From Psammoneis japonica (lineage: Eukaryota), in NCBI GenBank assembly GCA_008632985.1, contig QPGO01000327.1, positions 1 to 54,166 of the forward strand: a stretch of DNA of 54,166 bases, read 5' to 3'. Below the pieces are notes generated by a model. It was not told the origin of the DNA. It ran no database searches and saw nothing but the letters and a program-made list of their open reading frames with translations. Positions 34,297 to 47,767 of the stretch are shown here, piece after piece; within the stretch, counting starts at the first letter, position 1, and every line of letters begins with the position of its first letter. Made by a program: the position numbers and the translations under genes.

Positions 34297-35980
34297 GGCG
34301 AAGCGGATTGAAAACTTGGGTTGAACTGCAATCGACTACGTGTATTTGTTTCAGAAATCTTTTGGATAACGTCCCTCAATGAGGGAGAGCACCATAACTT
34401 GTAAATAGTCGGCGGTTCCCTTTCACTTTGTCTTCACTGCACAAATGTACCTTAGTCTGTAGTTCTCCTTCACTTCACGCGTGTCCTCAGTCTGATTCTT
34501 CGATCGATCTCTTTGCATACCACGAAAAGCAAGCTTTTGGCGCGTTCATCGTGAGCCATGCGATACAAGTTTCAGTCTCAATGCGCGCTTCCAGCAAAGT
34601 CCAGCCATTCGCTCGTCAAGGCGGATACGGCGACATTGGTTCAATCAATAGTTCCTCAGAGAGTTCTCTACAAGTCCCGGCGTAGTCGCACTCTGGCGAC
34701 AGCTCATGGTTAAGACAGCAATAGCCAATCGCGGAAAGCTCACAAATTTTGCGTCTTGTTTCCTTCATCAACCCCAATAAAGTCCATTTTGCTCGTTCCA
34801 CGATCGTAGGCATGAATCACTTCAACGGTATCCGTCATTGCAAGTTTGCGTCCGATTTCTCTTGAAAGGAATCTTCCATCTTGCTGGAATCATCATTGGT
34901 AGCATTGAGTAAAATAGTGCGACCTGTATTATGGTGAGACGCGGAATTTGAAGTCTTACGTGTCCTTCAAAGGGTTCCTGTGCGTCATTGTCGTTGACAA
35001 AGTTCTTGAATGCTTGTGATTGTTGTTGCGTATCTCGAGTATAGTATTACTTCGAAGAAGAGATGATTGGTATTCTACCCTCGCTAGATTGACAAAGGCT
35101 TCAATCAATCTCTGATTTCTCAAGGATATTTTCAAAGGCTGTCTTCTTACTCAAAAAAAGGATTCCTGATGGGATGAAAAGAATCTTGACGTGGGTTCTC
35201 GAGGGAATGTAAAAGTGAAACAGGGACGGGTTGCGTTCTTGACCCGTCAATGACTTTTTCTCATGACAAGATGACAAGTCGAAATGCCCGATTTGGCAAT
35301 CATGTCACATGCCAATCTGAATGTTTGCGGAATGCTGCATTATTATTTGTTGTTGCCGTCGCGACCACTTTGTACTTTTGTGGGATCAACAAAGCAACGG
35401 TGATATGCTTCAAAAAGCGACTCCTTTCCAGACTTAACCGGTGCAAATATGTTGCCGTGTTTTGGCTACGATTGTAGTTCAGCCTTTTCTTTACGACTTT
35501 GAAGAAAAATGATTTATAGCAGTGCCCGCGGCTAGCTGGATCATGATGTTGTGGCCAGAGAGAATGCTTCATGAAGAACCGCCAACAAATCCATACTCGT
35601 AAATGCAACTCCAGCGCCCCAGATCCAAAAGAGAAGCCTCTCTATTCTCCTCATTGCAATGTTATGAAATGGAAAGCAGCAACGTCAGGGTTGTACTGTA
35701 ATGCCTCTGCATCTCGTCGCTGTCATCGTTGTTCGTTCTGAGTTCAGTGCCGTGCGTCTCCTCAACTCCTCAACTCTTTTTTTGTTCCGGCGCTCGTGCT
35801 GTCCACCCCAACGATTGAGCGCGCGCGATAGCGCGCGCGTCATGAGGGCGAAGAAAAGAGGGGATGGGCGACGACGACGGCAACAAACTGCTTTTACCGA
35901 CGCCTTCTTAGACACACTCGGTTAACCTCTACATAGCAACGGAAAAAAAGAAAGAAGTGCTTGACGCGACGTGTATAAAG

Positions 35981-38900
35981 ATGAGAAGCGATAGTACCAA
36001 CAGCAACAACAGCAACAATAATGATCTCCACGCTGGCTTTGCGGGTTTCAAGTGGGAGGTTCATAAGTTTGGAGGGACAAGCGTTGCCTCGTCGGAATGT
36101 TTTGTGACTGTCGCCGGAATTATCGAAGAACATTTGGGACTAAGCAGCAACAACAATGGTGATCCTACTACATACAGTGATCTCAACTTGGCTGTAGTCG
36201 TCTCAGCCATGGGAGGAAAGCCAAAGGTCACCGACTTGCTGTTATCAACAGTGTCAGCAGCCGCAAGGCGTGATTCTGAAAACGTAAAAGAAGCAATGGA
36301 TCAAATCACGACAAAGCATCAGACGTGTATTGATGAGCTATTTCCTGATGACCAGGACGAACGCAAGAGGCTTCAGGACGCTATTCAATCTGATATGGGC
36401 GATATTGGAGATATCTTGAAAACAGTGTCGGTCATGAAGTGGCAAGCTACTCGGATTTCGGAGCTTGTTTCCGGTTACGGTGAATTGTGGTCATCGCAAA
36501 TTCTGGCAGCCTTGCTTAGACAACGAGCCAAGGCCCGATCAGACATGCAAGGAGTTAATGAAGATCCCTACAAACATCATGAGTTTTGTTTCTTGGACGC
36601 TCGGCGGATCATTATTATTGACGAAGAAGCCATTCAGAACGGACAGGTCTGCTGGGATATGTCGAAAGAGTGCATGGAAGAAGTTCACAGAAAGGAGGTT
36701 GCTCGTCTCGCGAATCAGTTTGGCAGTGAGGACGAGTATGTCTTGCACTATGTTGTTACTGGATACGTTGCATCGAACACCGATGGTGTTGCAACGACGC
36801 TACAGCGGTACGTTTATTCGTCTTGTCTCCAAGTTGTCTGGCTCTAGTCATATTTCTTGTTCTTCGATACTCATGCGCCGTCTTCTCACTTTTTCTATTC
36901 CTACAACTCCTTCAAAACATAAGAGATGGTTCTGACTATTCCGCTGCAATCATGGGTCGCTTGTTGCAATCCAACAAGATTACAATTTGGACCGATGTAA
37001 ATGGCGTCATGTCCGCTGATCCTCGCCGAGTATCCCAAGCATATGTCATACCTGAAGTGTCCTACAATGAAGCAATGGAGCTTGCTTACTTTGGTGCAAA
37101 AGTGATTCATCCAAAAACAATGCAACCGGCAATCTCCTCGCAACCGCGGCAAATCCCCATTTATATCCGAAACACGTTTTGCAGCAGTGACCCCGGCACT
37201 CGTATATTCACGTCTAGTACCACTCACACGGACCGTGACAAGTGTGTTTGTGGCTTTTCCTCTGTTGATCACATGGCGCTCATCAATGTCGAAGGTTCGG
37301 GATTGATTGGAGTCCCCGGTGTTGCGCGACGAATGTTTGCAACCCTGGAGAGCTTGGGTGTCAACATTGTCTTGATTTCCCAGGCTTCCTCTGAGCATTC
37401 TATTACCTTCGCCACCAATGAACAACAGGCGGAATTAGCCAAGACGGCAATTGAGGAAGAATTTCGCAAGGAGCTCGTGGCAGTACGTGGCTAAAATGCT
37501 TGATTAACTCAACAAGAAACGAATGACTCGAAAGCCTTTTCTCACTCAATTTCTCTTTTGCTTCTTTTTATATTGCAGAATCGAATCACAAGTGTTGACG
37601 TTCAGTCACCGTGTTCCATTATCGCTGCTGTAGGTGATGGCATGAGTCACACCTCTGGCGTATCTGGCCGCTTCTTTAGTGCGTTGGGCGATGCAAAAAT
37701 CAACGTGATTGCTATTTCTCAAGGGTGTTCGGAGAGAAATATTTCCGCTGTTGTCATGACAAACGAATCAACGCGTGCACTCCGAGCTGTCCATGCGGCG
37801 TTTCGATTGTCTCAGACGGTGGTGCGCGTGGGTGTTGTTGGTATGAATGATTTGGGTATATCTTTGTTGAAGCTTCTGGAGACACAGCGCGACAAACTGA
37901 GAAGCGCTTTTGATGTTGACTTGGAAGTCTGCGCTATTGTTGCAGAAGGCAAGAGTAAGGATTTGGTTGTTTTGAAGAATGATGGAGACGGCAATTCTGG
38001 CTCATTAACATATGGGGCATTCAAGAAAGTCACGCGCGATTCCGTGAGTTCGGATGAACCTGGCGAAACTGAGCAGGTTGATAAGGCGGAGGAAATGGCA
38101 ACTGTTGTAACTGGAGGATTGTCGTCCATGTTTAAGTGTCTTTTCAATGATGAGTGCCCTCACCACGTCGTTTTCGACTGCACTAACGACGAGCTTGTCA
38201 GCGACTTACATGCTGAATGGCTGAGGGAAGGAGTTCACGTGGTGACGGCAAACAACACGGGCTTATCTGGCTCGAGAGAACAACGTCTTTCCATTAGTGA
38301 AGCGGAAATAAAATACGGCAAGCTCTCGGCCCAGTATCTTCGTGAGGTCACGGTCGGTGGTGGGCTTCCTATTGTCAGCACCTTACGAAGCCTCTTGAAT
38401 TCGGGAGATAAGATTCGTCGTATCGACGGCATTTTGTCGGTCTCGCTTTCATACATTATGTTTCGAATATCACCTCCTCCTGAGATTTCTCGATGCAGCG
38501 AGTTCGACGAACTCTTTAGTCAAGGGGCATTTCGTGGAGACCTATCCACTTCGCCCGAGGCCCAGATTGGCCGCGCATGTCTGTTTAGCGAAGCGGTGAA
38601 GGAAGCGATATCTTTAGGGCTTATGGAAGAACACCCGGAGAAGGATCTCAGCAATGAGTACTCAGCTCGAGTGCTGATGGTTTTAGCAAAAGAACTAGGT
38701 CTCGACCAGTACCACGACACTCACCAGATTCAAGAATCTGCCGATCAATTTTTCGACGTCTCTCACAACGAGCTCTACACCGCTCAGCTCGACCAACGGA
38801 TCAAGGACCGCGTGGAAGATGCCGAGAGGCAAGGTTGCGTTCTTCGACACATTTCGAGCGTCGACGTCAAAGCAAAGTCCCTCAATATCAAGCTCGTTGC

Positions 38901-39295
38901 GGTTCCCAACAATCATGTACGCACTCTTCGTATCCTTGCTGTTCCTCCTCGTTTATGTTGAGTCTAACCCTTGATTCCTTTTCCCAGATATTTGCTGTAA
39001 CTCCTCCGAGTTGTGAATGCGTTAGATTCTTTACTCAGCGCCACAAACGTTACCCGTTGGTTATTCAGGTGAGCTCTTACATGTCTTTGTGACTTCTCTC
39101 ATCGTTGCCAAATTGTTCGAAGATTTCGCTGACATCACGTGTCCGTCATATTGTACCGTACAAAAGGGGCCTTCTGCTGGGGCCGATTCTACGGCAAGTG
39201 CTCTTCTTGCAGAGTTGTTGAACTTAATGAGGAGTAAGGTGGGACCCCGATCGGGAGCTTTGTCGCGAACTGCATCAAGCGCATACCTTAAGTGA
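35981..39295 (+). CDS. AK-HSDH: Bifunctional aspartate kinase-homoserine dehydrogenase; introns 36808-36923, 37483-37578, 38917-38987, 39069-39166
   Basis: VHKFGGTSV, VVVSAMGG, TTLQRDGSDYSA, IWTDVNGVMSADPR and AYFGAKVIHP; two ACT domains (ISQASSE, ISQGCSE); HVVTAN, EVTVGGGLPI and QGPSAGADSTAS. All four introns are GT-AG and frame-consistent. Confidence 0.95.
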
Positions 39296-39489
39296 TTAAA
39301 CTCCAACAATCTGCATATGGTAGTAAGCAGATTCGGAATAAACTTGTACAAAAGTCTATAGTTTTCATGGTCAAAACCTACTGCACAATTTTAATAATGG
39401 TCGCCACCTCGTTGCATCAATCCGTCAGAACCTTCCAATCATGAACCGCATAGATCCTCGTCGTCTCCTGGAATCATCACGGGAACCAC

Positions 39490-40374
39490 TTACTCCTGGC
39501 TACCACGGAGTTCACGGCGCCTGGTGCCACTGCAGGGAACCGCAACCAGGTCATCGGCATTGCTATCATATTCAACCGTGAAGCACGTGGCACCGTTAGA
39601 GTGCAAGTCCTTGTCAAAATAGACCTTTTCGCGTGGACTCCCCTCGAAATCAATGCCAACCAACGTAAGGTGGCCATTGAGGGCGATCCTGGCGTAGTAC
39701 TCGTTGAACTCGGGTCCTGGACCATCACCCCATTCCTCGTTGGCGGCCCACAAGACATCGCCTTCAGGACGTCCAGGGCTTTTGTCCTGGTACAGAACTA
39801 GATTACCGTCCACCGACTGCATAAGAAGAGAGGTCTTGGCATCGTCGTCACGAACATACTGTCCCTGTCGAAGTATTTCGCCACGTTGTAGTGGCTCGAA
39901 CTTTACATTCGACCAGATCTCGTCCTCGATACTGACAGAGTCACAATCAAAGGTACCCCTGAAGGTGTGAAGGACACAATCATCATCAATCGCCATGAAG
40001 TACTTGCCATCAATTGGGCCGCCACCCGAATGAGTTGCATAGTCGAGAGAATAACCACAATACGCCACAAAGTTTCCATTGGGCTGGAGAGAGTATGAAA
40101 GGCTTGGGCCACTGTAAGAAGCGCATAGGGACTTTCCGTTGGCGTCCCATCCACCCACGTTGAAGCCATTTTGAGTGGCCCAGTTTCCATCTCTTGGGTA
40201 ACGAACGGTGCACTTGCCATTGCGGAATTTGGGAAACTCGCCTTCGTCCATCTCGTCAATGGTTTCACCGGCGCGAAGCACCACATCCATGTTAGCGAGT
40301 TGCGCAGAGGCGTAACCTTTGCCAAGGAGTGTGGCCAGAAGAAGGGACACGGTCGTCTTGTTGAACATTGTCAT
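39490..40374 (-). CDS. Secreted protein with bulb-type (B) lectin-like domains
   Basis: Signal peptide; LQPNGNFVAY, LLMQSVDGNLVLYQ...VLWAAN and IALNGHLTL motifs. Confidence 0.7.
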   Translation of the reverse strand: MTMFNKTTVSLLLATLLGKGYASAQLANMDVVLRAGETIDEMDEGEFPKFRNGKCTVRYPRDGNWATQNGFNVGGWDANGKSLCASYSGPSLSYSLQPNGNFVAYCGYSLDYATHSGGGPIDGKYFMAIDDDCVLHTFRGTFDCDSVSIEDEIWSNVKFEPLQRGEILRQGQYVRDDDAKTSLLMQSVDGNLVLYQDKSPGRPEGDVLWAANEEWGDGPGPEFNEYYARIALNGHLTLVGIDFEGSPREKVYFDKDLHSNGATCFTVEYDSNADDLVAVPCSGTRRRELRGSQE

Positions 40375-40929
40375 GGTTTTTAGCTTTGCGTAATTCTTTT
40401 GAGTTTGTTGCTCTTTTGTTTTTTGTGCGACTACTTGTGCAGCATCCCATCACGACAGTGTTCTCATTCGTTCCCACTGTTCTCATCGCACATTGGAAAG
40501 AATGTTCTATGCGATCAAACAAGATCAAAATTTGTGATAGTCTATGAAAAGTATATTGCAACAAAGTATGTCTCGCATCACGTAAATCTGACTTGGGTTC
40601 TTGTCGCGGATCACGTTTCAGTACAAGATCGTCGTGGAATGTGCCATCCCTAACAAAATCGCGACTTTTGTGAGGTCACTTTAAGTATCGACGAGGGACT
40701 TAACGCACGGGTAACATCATCGCGTTTTTGATGCACATGAAGAAATCGCGAATGCAGTCGGACTGTTTTGACGGGAACACAACATGAAAAAGTGAGGGGG
40801 AGCCTCCGAAACGATCAAAAACGCGACCTCGTGTCAGTTTGTGGGACCAACGTACGATGGACGGGCATTTTAAAAGGTGGTCACTGCAGTTGACAAAACT
40901 TTAGGGCCCTACTTGGTGTCACTGTTGTG

Positions 40930-41570
40930 CAGGCTGAACTCGAAGGAAACGATGATGAAGCATACAATACTGTGAAAAAAATTGGTGATGTGCCAGGAAG
41001 AAAGTTTCACATGGTTACATGTCATCAGGCCATGCCTGCAAATGCAGTCTCCACACACTCTACAGGTGGTGTGTGCGAGCACTGCCACACGCGAAGAATG
41101 GTCGACGCATGGACTCACGATGGAGAGTGCTGCAGATGTGCCACATCTGAAAATCTATCACAAAGCAACAGCATTTGGGGCCTCTTCTGCAACTGTCTGA
41201 CCTCTCATCACCATCTTGCGAAATGGCACACACCTGGCCATTGGAAAAAAAAGGCAAAAAAGCAGAGGACAAGAAGGACCTCAAATGCCGTTGGCTGGAA
41301 AGCAGTGTCTGTGCAAAACAGGCTGCTGTTGCTTCCTTTGATGCTGATTGAGACCCCAAAAAGGGGGGGCGGCATGTTGGCTGCTTGCATTGAGTGTTTC
41401 CACCTCCCACAAGCAACTGCAAAATGTGGAGAGCTGGCGGGCATGTTTGACAAAGAAGAAACGAACTTTGCTGACCCCCTCCCCTCACAGTTGTTTTTCC
41501 ACAGTTGTGGATTGAAAGGCATGTCAGGGGCATTGTTAAGAAAGCTCACTGCAGGCAGCAGCTGGTGAGA
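40930..41570. repeat. Small CpG/TpA-depleted island
   Basis: Same TG/CA-rich signature; a few TA persist near the left edge. Confidence 0.6.
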
Positions 41571-41900
41571 GCCGTGCGGTTTTTAAAAATTGATCTGTTA
41601 ACGCAGGTCGATTGGCCAGTGTTGATTGGGCGTTGGTGCGCGGACGGACCTTTTCTTTCTCGCGTGCGTCAGGGATCATTGCAGAATGTGGTTCAGTCAT
41701 GGGTAAGACTCACCATGTAGAATGTCTACGACATGACACGACCACTTCTGTTTCCACGATTGAAACTTCCGTCGAAAAAGTCGCACCCAGAGAAAGGCGA
41801 GACGTCAACAACGGAGGGAAGTTTCAGGCGCCTCAATCTCGGCCCAGCACTTTCGTTATTGCACTCATCTCATTTTCTTCTTCTTCAAGCAGTTTGAAGC

Positions 41901-43743
41901 ATGGCGCCATTGCCCGAAACAAACCAAGACAATGGCGATGATAAGCCACCGGAAGACTTTTCCTCCATTCGTGTGCTGTCCAAGCCAGTTGAGCAACTCC
42001 ATCGAGCAGAAGATGAGGACTCGTCCGGATCTTGTTGGGTGGATCTAAAAAACTTTATACCTGGCGCACTTCCCCGAGTTACCACGATTGCAGTGACGAT
42101 TGGCATTGTGTGCGGTATCGTTGCCTTTATTTACTACTCCATGCTGTTCTTCTTACTGCGCTACCTATGGCATGATTTGCCTGAAATGCTTGTGGAAAAG
42201 TACAGTATTCCTGAATCATTTCATTGGTTATGGATTCCACTCGTGGGATTTACTTGTGCGGTCTGTGTAGGACTTTCGGTTCGTCTTTTAGGTGAACCGG
42301 GCGACTTGTCTTACACAGTCCAGTGCGTTCGTGACAAGGCTTTTATTGGAATGGATCACGTTATCCCGATGGTTGCGGCTAGTCAGTTTAGTATTTTGGG
42401 AGGAGGATCGTTGGGACCTGAAGCACCTCTTGTGGCCATTTGCGCGGCTTTTGGTGCATTCATTGGCCGAAATGTGTTTGGAACGGAACGCGTTGATCTA
42501 GTTAGGAAACACACCTTAATGGTAAGCTGTTCCTGGCTACGTACCTGTTCCTGATGTTTGTCCTCCTTCCATCTCGCATCACTCATCGTTCATCACCGTT
42601 GACCCCTGAAAGGGAATGGCTTGTGCTCTGGCTGCTTTTTTTGGAGTGCCACTTGGAGGATCACTCTTTGCACTCGAAATTAACAACCGTTTCGGCATCG
42701 AATATTACGAGCATACTATGCATGCCATCTTTAGTGGCACCGTATGTCTCGTTGTCTTTCGTGGGTTGGCCGGACTCGAAATAGGACCTGTATGGAAGCT
42801 CTCGGATACTATGCTAGGACCGTCCTCGCCATCCACGGTCGGAGTGGGTGCTCTCTTGGGACTTTGTGGAGCTGCCGTTGCTGCAATGTTTGTGTACTTT
42901 CACAAGTTTGTGATTAGCTTTTTTAGGAAGTGGAATCTCATGGATAATAAAAATGCTGTTCAGCGCGCTCTTGTTGGAGCCATTGGGGTTGTGTTGATTG
43001 GCGTGTTGGTGCCTCACACCCTGTTCTGGGGTGAATTGGAGATTCCAACTGTTGCGCTAGCCGCTCCAGCGAGCGAACTGCCCAACGTCTTTCCTACCGC
43101 AGGGCTGATTGGTTTTGAAATGAATTCCTTCTGGACTGCCATGATTGTTGGCGTTCTGAAAATGGTGGCAATTTCGTTTACAGTCGCAGGCGGCTATCGT
43201 GGGGGCTTTATCTTTCCTTTCTTTTTCGCGGGATCTGCCTTCGGAAAGGCACTCACATATGTGATACCCTCGCTTTCTCCAACCCTTGCAGCCCTTTGCT
43301 TTGCTGCTGGCATTAATGTCGCGATAACACGGACTGCACTTGCATCAACCCTAATTCTCTGTGGCCTGGCAGGAGAGATCAATGCCAACCCCCCCGTTCT
43401 TGCCGCGTCGCTGGTCTCTCTTTTTGCAACGGCATACATGGTGAGCATTGTCAATGATGCTTGTGAAATTTTATACTATGTCGTCAGCACCTTACATTTC
43501 TTTGAACCGCTTCCATTTACGCTTTTCAAGCCTTTTATCCGGTCGCAAGCTGGTCGAAACGACATTACAAGGAAAAGTCTCCAGCCAATTAAAGGGGGGC
43601 GTTGGATTCACGAACATTTCAGTAGCAGCCGCGAGTTTGCGAATTCAAGCAAACTTGCTTCAACCCCAGAACACGGTGATGTGGAAGCGACCGACCAATC
43701 TACGCCTCTTGTTGACTCAGAGAAAACGAGGTACACTTCATAG
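41901..43743 (+). CDS. CLC-family chloride channel/transporter; introns 42522-42612 and 43441-43530
   Basis: GGGSLGPEAPLV, AAFFGVPLGGSLFALE and GYRGGFIFP motifs, many TM helices, GT-AG introns. Confidence 0.9.
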
Positions 43744-44311
43744 TTGGGTACAAGTAGCGCGGCAGTCTGAAGGAGATTTGGATTTGTGAATGAGCGATTT
43801 TTGTTTGTAAATGTTATTCAATATGCTAAGGTTTTTCTACTATGCTCTTTGTCCAACCATAACGTGCATTCATTCAGGCTCATCGCCACCAGTATATCTA
43901 TCATAAGTTTCGAATACTAGCTACTAGAGCGGACGTCTAAGAGTGGACAAAAGAATTCTAGAGGAACCTTTCAGTAGCAGCTAAACAAATCTAAACAAAT
44001 GTAGTTACTTTTCCAAACAAGCAAATACAATAAACATTTTAATCCAGTCCTTTTGCCATCGTCAAGGCACACACCGCACGCTCGTTCGTTCGTGAGTCGT
44101 GTGCCAGAACCTCGCCGTCGATGACCTTTTCCATCAACAACTTGGTAAGCTTGTGGCCAACTAGCTGCAGCATCACTTTTAGGTGCGAGCTGATCGTCCC
44201 CCCGTTGTCAGCAACAAGTGTGGCAATAGGCCACATGAAAGAGTAAGGTCTTTCCGAAGACGAATCGCGACAACAGGGGTTGCTTTCTGGTTTATATCCA
44301 GTTTTATTCCA

Positions 44312-46392
44312 TCAAGCGTTTTCCGTTTCCTTTTCTCTTCTGCGTTCTAACCATTCTGTGTGGTCATACTCACAGGTTCCACCCATATTGATTGGAATCA
44401 TGCTTGGGAAAATGCCATAGCTCGAAAGCGCCTCCACAACCTTTGATTCGGCAACATCATGTACAACAATCCGGGAACGACTATTCTTGGGCTGCTGAGC
44501 AAGTCCAATTGGTTTCAAGAACTTTGACACTACGTACGGTAGGCGAAGCACGTGAGTCCCGCGAACAGGCACGGGAAGAACAGCTTCGTCGAGATTCCCC
44601 ATATTCCACTCAAGTTCTAGGTCGGTGTCAAAAAGGGACGCCCCTTTCATCCATACCAATCGCACAATACCCTCCGAAGCGCCTGGGTGCTGGGCGGCCA
44701 CCTCGCACATGTACCAATATGCCCGAGTCATGTTCTTTGTATTGTACCCTTTATAGTTATTCATGCGTGCGAAACATTGCATCAACTGTCGCCCTGAAGT
44801 ATCCAAGTAAGGAAGCAGTCGAAACAATCCTGCCTCAATAGCTTCTTTATCGTCCTTCACTGCCCCATCCAAAGCCATTGGCAATGTGAACTTGTCGGAT
44901 CCGAACCATTTTCGTCGTTCTTCCCAGTACTTGACGAAACGATGTGCTGCTTTCTCTGGGTCCATATCTTCTCGTTTCAAAAACAATTCCAGTCGCTGAT
45001 CATTTATTTCTACATCACGAGCCTTGGTACGGGCCTCCAGCCACGCTTTCTTTTCACTTGCTGGTATCGAATCCAGGTGACGCTTTAATTCTACCAACAA
45101 ATACGAGACATCACTCGTACTGTTGCAACGTCTTATTCGCTTTGTGGGAGGGGGCGTCGATATGCGTAACTTTCCAAATAGATCTTGTGTGGCGGTGCGT
45201 TGCTCTTCTTCTGAAATGGCAAAATCATCTGCTTTTTGATGATTTGTAGAAGCTTCCGTCAAGGACGTAAACAAGAATTCAGCAGCCGCAATATCCTGAC
45301 TCGTCAGGGATACGTAGGATTCAGGAGGAATGACATGGGCTCTACTCTCTTGCTGTTGCCGATCATCGGGTTCATTATTGTTAAAAGTGGCATCGTGAAG
45401 CCGCTGCATTTCGTCAAGGCTGCGAAAAATTTTGGATAGGCTCCCACCTCCAAAACGACGATTAGACATCTCTCTCTGCAGCTCTTGCGTTGCATCAGGA
45501 TTGTCTTGAGGAATAATGTTTTGAACTGTTGCCTCCTCCTCTATCACCTGCGGCGGTGCTTCCTTCTGTTTCGAATCTCTTGGAGGAACAGTGTGCATAA
45601 TGGGGCGTTGACTAAGTGGGTCTTGCGGTGGCTTCTTTTCCTGTAAAAGTGAACTTGGCGCGTTTAACCTTCCTTTCGCAGCTTCCTCGCGGAATGGAGA
45701 AGGTTTTCGAATCTCCCGAGGCGACTCTGAAGACACCGTGTCTCGTTTTATCGAGCTTGTACGTGGCAGTGCGTGGTAAACACTCATAGACCCCATTGAT
45801 GAAGGCTGAACCACAAGGTGGCTTGCGGGTGCCGGGTGAAAAGACCTTGCCTCCATAGGTGGAGCCACGGGAGCAGTTGCTGCAAAGGGTTGAGAGAGAA
45901 GACCGTGAATCTGCGCTAAATGATTCAGCGCCGGTGAAATGTTTTGTTCCACTGCCATTGTCGAAAACGGAAACGCTTTCGGTTGCGGAGGCTGCGGAGG
46001 CATCACGACTCCAAGCTGATGTAATATATTATAGGAACGATACCCGTAGTTGCTGGCAGTCTCTGCAGCAGAAAATGAGGGTGATTCTTGCACAGTGTCA
46101 GCATCCAAGTTTCTCTTTTCTCTCAGCGCCTGCTTTACTTTCTTGAGTGCTTTTCGGAACTGACTTGTTCCCATTCGCCTGTTTTCTCGGATGCTTCCAA
46201 GAATCTTCCCTTTCGTCTGTAAATTGCACCTAGAATCAGCTGTGCGACGTCGTTCTTTTGCTTTCTGTTGCTCGCATCCTGGTACGCATGCTTGTAGCGT
46301 CGGACGAGCCTTAGAAATTCGCAGTTGCCAAGGTGCTCTCGTGAGCCTTTTCCCCTTCCAAACAATACATCATTGTCACTTGGTTCCAACAT
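44312..46392 (-). CDS. DUF6824-type N-terminal domain plus low-complexity linker plus CRAL-TRIO-like domain; apparent 1-nt deletion at 46151-46154
   Basis: NDVLFGRG...HLGNCEF...KGRFLE...WEQVS joins KALKKVKQALRE if one A is added. C-terminal FLKREDMDPEKAAHRFVKYWEERRKWFG, DTSGRQL and YGIFPSMIPINMGG. Confidence 0.8.
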
Positions 46393-47025
46393 GAAAATCA
46401 AGATGTTCAGAACACAGTAAGGTTACGAAATACGAACTTGCCTAAGCGTTTTTGTCATGGCGCGGTGAGAACATCTATTTTTGAGGGCAAGTTGAAGTTG
46501 TCAAGGGCGGGGGGAGTGCAGAGAGTGGGAGCGCGCACACCCACGGTGCAACCTGCACTTCATGACAATCGATGTGTCGATTGTCGATTGCTCTTTGTCG
46601 CTCGCCGACTCTGCTTCCTCTCGTGTCTGATGCGCTCTTAGTCGAGCACTCTGGTTGGTTGTGGAATGGGCCACGAGCACCAGACCTCGAGCTAGAGGGC
46701 TCCCATTCCGGGGACCAGGAATTGGAGCTCTGGCTGGAGAGCCGCAAAGGGTGGGCTGTGCAGGCTGCAAACGAAACTCGCTCTCTCGTCTCATCAACGT
46801 GCAGTGCAACATTGATGAAGAAAAAGAGTGAGTTTGCTGTGACTCAAATGGTGCTTGTAGACTCATGCACTGCTTCTGCGATGTGAGCAGCGTCGCAAAG
46901 CAGATCGCAAAAACAACCCCCCACTCACACAGGGGGGAGGCACAGACCACTGCATCTCATTGGTCTCCGATCTGCGCCAAAAAGTTACAATGGGGCTCCC
47001 AACATGGGGGTGCAAAGTTGCAAGC

Positions 47026-47492
47026 AGTGCAGTTGGATTGGAGCTCTTTGTGGTGCAAAACGACACAAAATGATGTGGTGCAGCGCAAAAAGTGCTGCGG
47101 CAGAGTGTGCCTGGAAGCACCAGCAGGTTGATTTTTTTAGAGCAAGGTGATTTACCTCCCACACCAGAGCTGCTCCAGCAAACAGTGCAGTTGGAGCTGA
47201 GCTCTTTGTGGTGCAACATGACAAAATGGTGTGGTGTGGTGCAAAAAGTGCTGCAGCAGAGTGTGCCTGGAAGCACCAGCAGGTTGATTTTTTTAGAGCA
47301 AGGTGATTTGCCTCCCATGCCAGAGCTGCTCCAGCAAACAGTGCAGCAGGAGTTGAGCTCTTTGTGGTGCAAAATGACAAAATGATGTGGTGCAGCGCAA
47401 AAAGTGCTGCGGCAGAGTGTGTCTGGAAGCACCAGCAGGTTTTTTTTTTTTAGAGCAAGGTAATTTACCTCCCACGCCAGAGCTGCTCCAGC
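47026..47492 (+). repeat. 156-bp tandem repeat (about 3 copies) inside a CpG/TpA-depleted island (about 46780-47492)
   Basis: ctggaagcaccagcagg starts at 47111, 47267 and 47423 (period 156). Confidence 0.92.
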
Positions 47493-47767
47493 GAATCCAT
47501 TCAGATGGCCTTTGGTGCCCCTCTAATAGAGGACCTTAGCTTCTACTCTCTAGCTCTCTACTCTAGAGAGTCGTCGTCGAGTGAACCGCAGAGCTCGAAT
47601 AAGCTGCACAAGTCACCGAGTCATTTGACTGAATCGCGCGAATCATCACGCTCGATCGACCCGACGGACCGACACGTTGAAATTGTTGTTGGTTGTTAGC
47701 AGTACGATACCGGTAGTATGGCAATGAGGTGTCAAACTGAAAGTCCTCCCTCTTCATCAACTCCACC

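Noticed and set aside
34730..35040. Possible small spliced minus-strand gene (...AQEPFEGH / QDGRFLSREIG...)
   Set aside because: No clear start, no recognisable homology; not supportable.
44039..44236. 65-aa minus-strand ORF downstream of the CRAL-TRIO gene
   Set aside because: Short, no motif, probably 3' UTR or a fragment.
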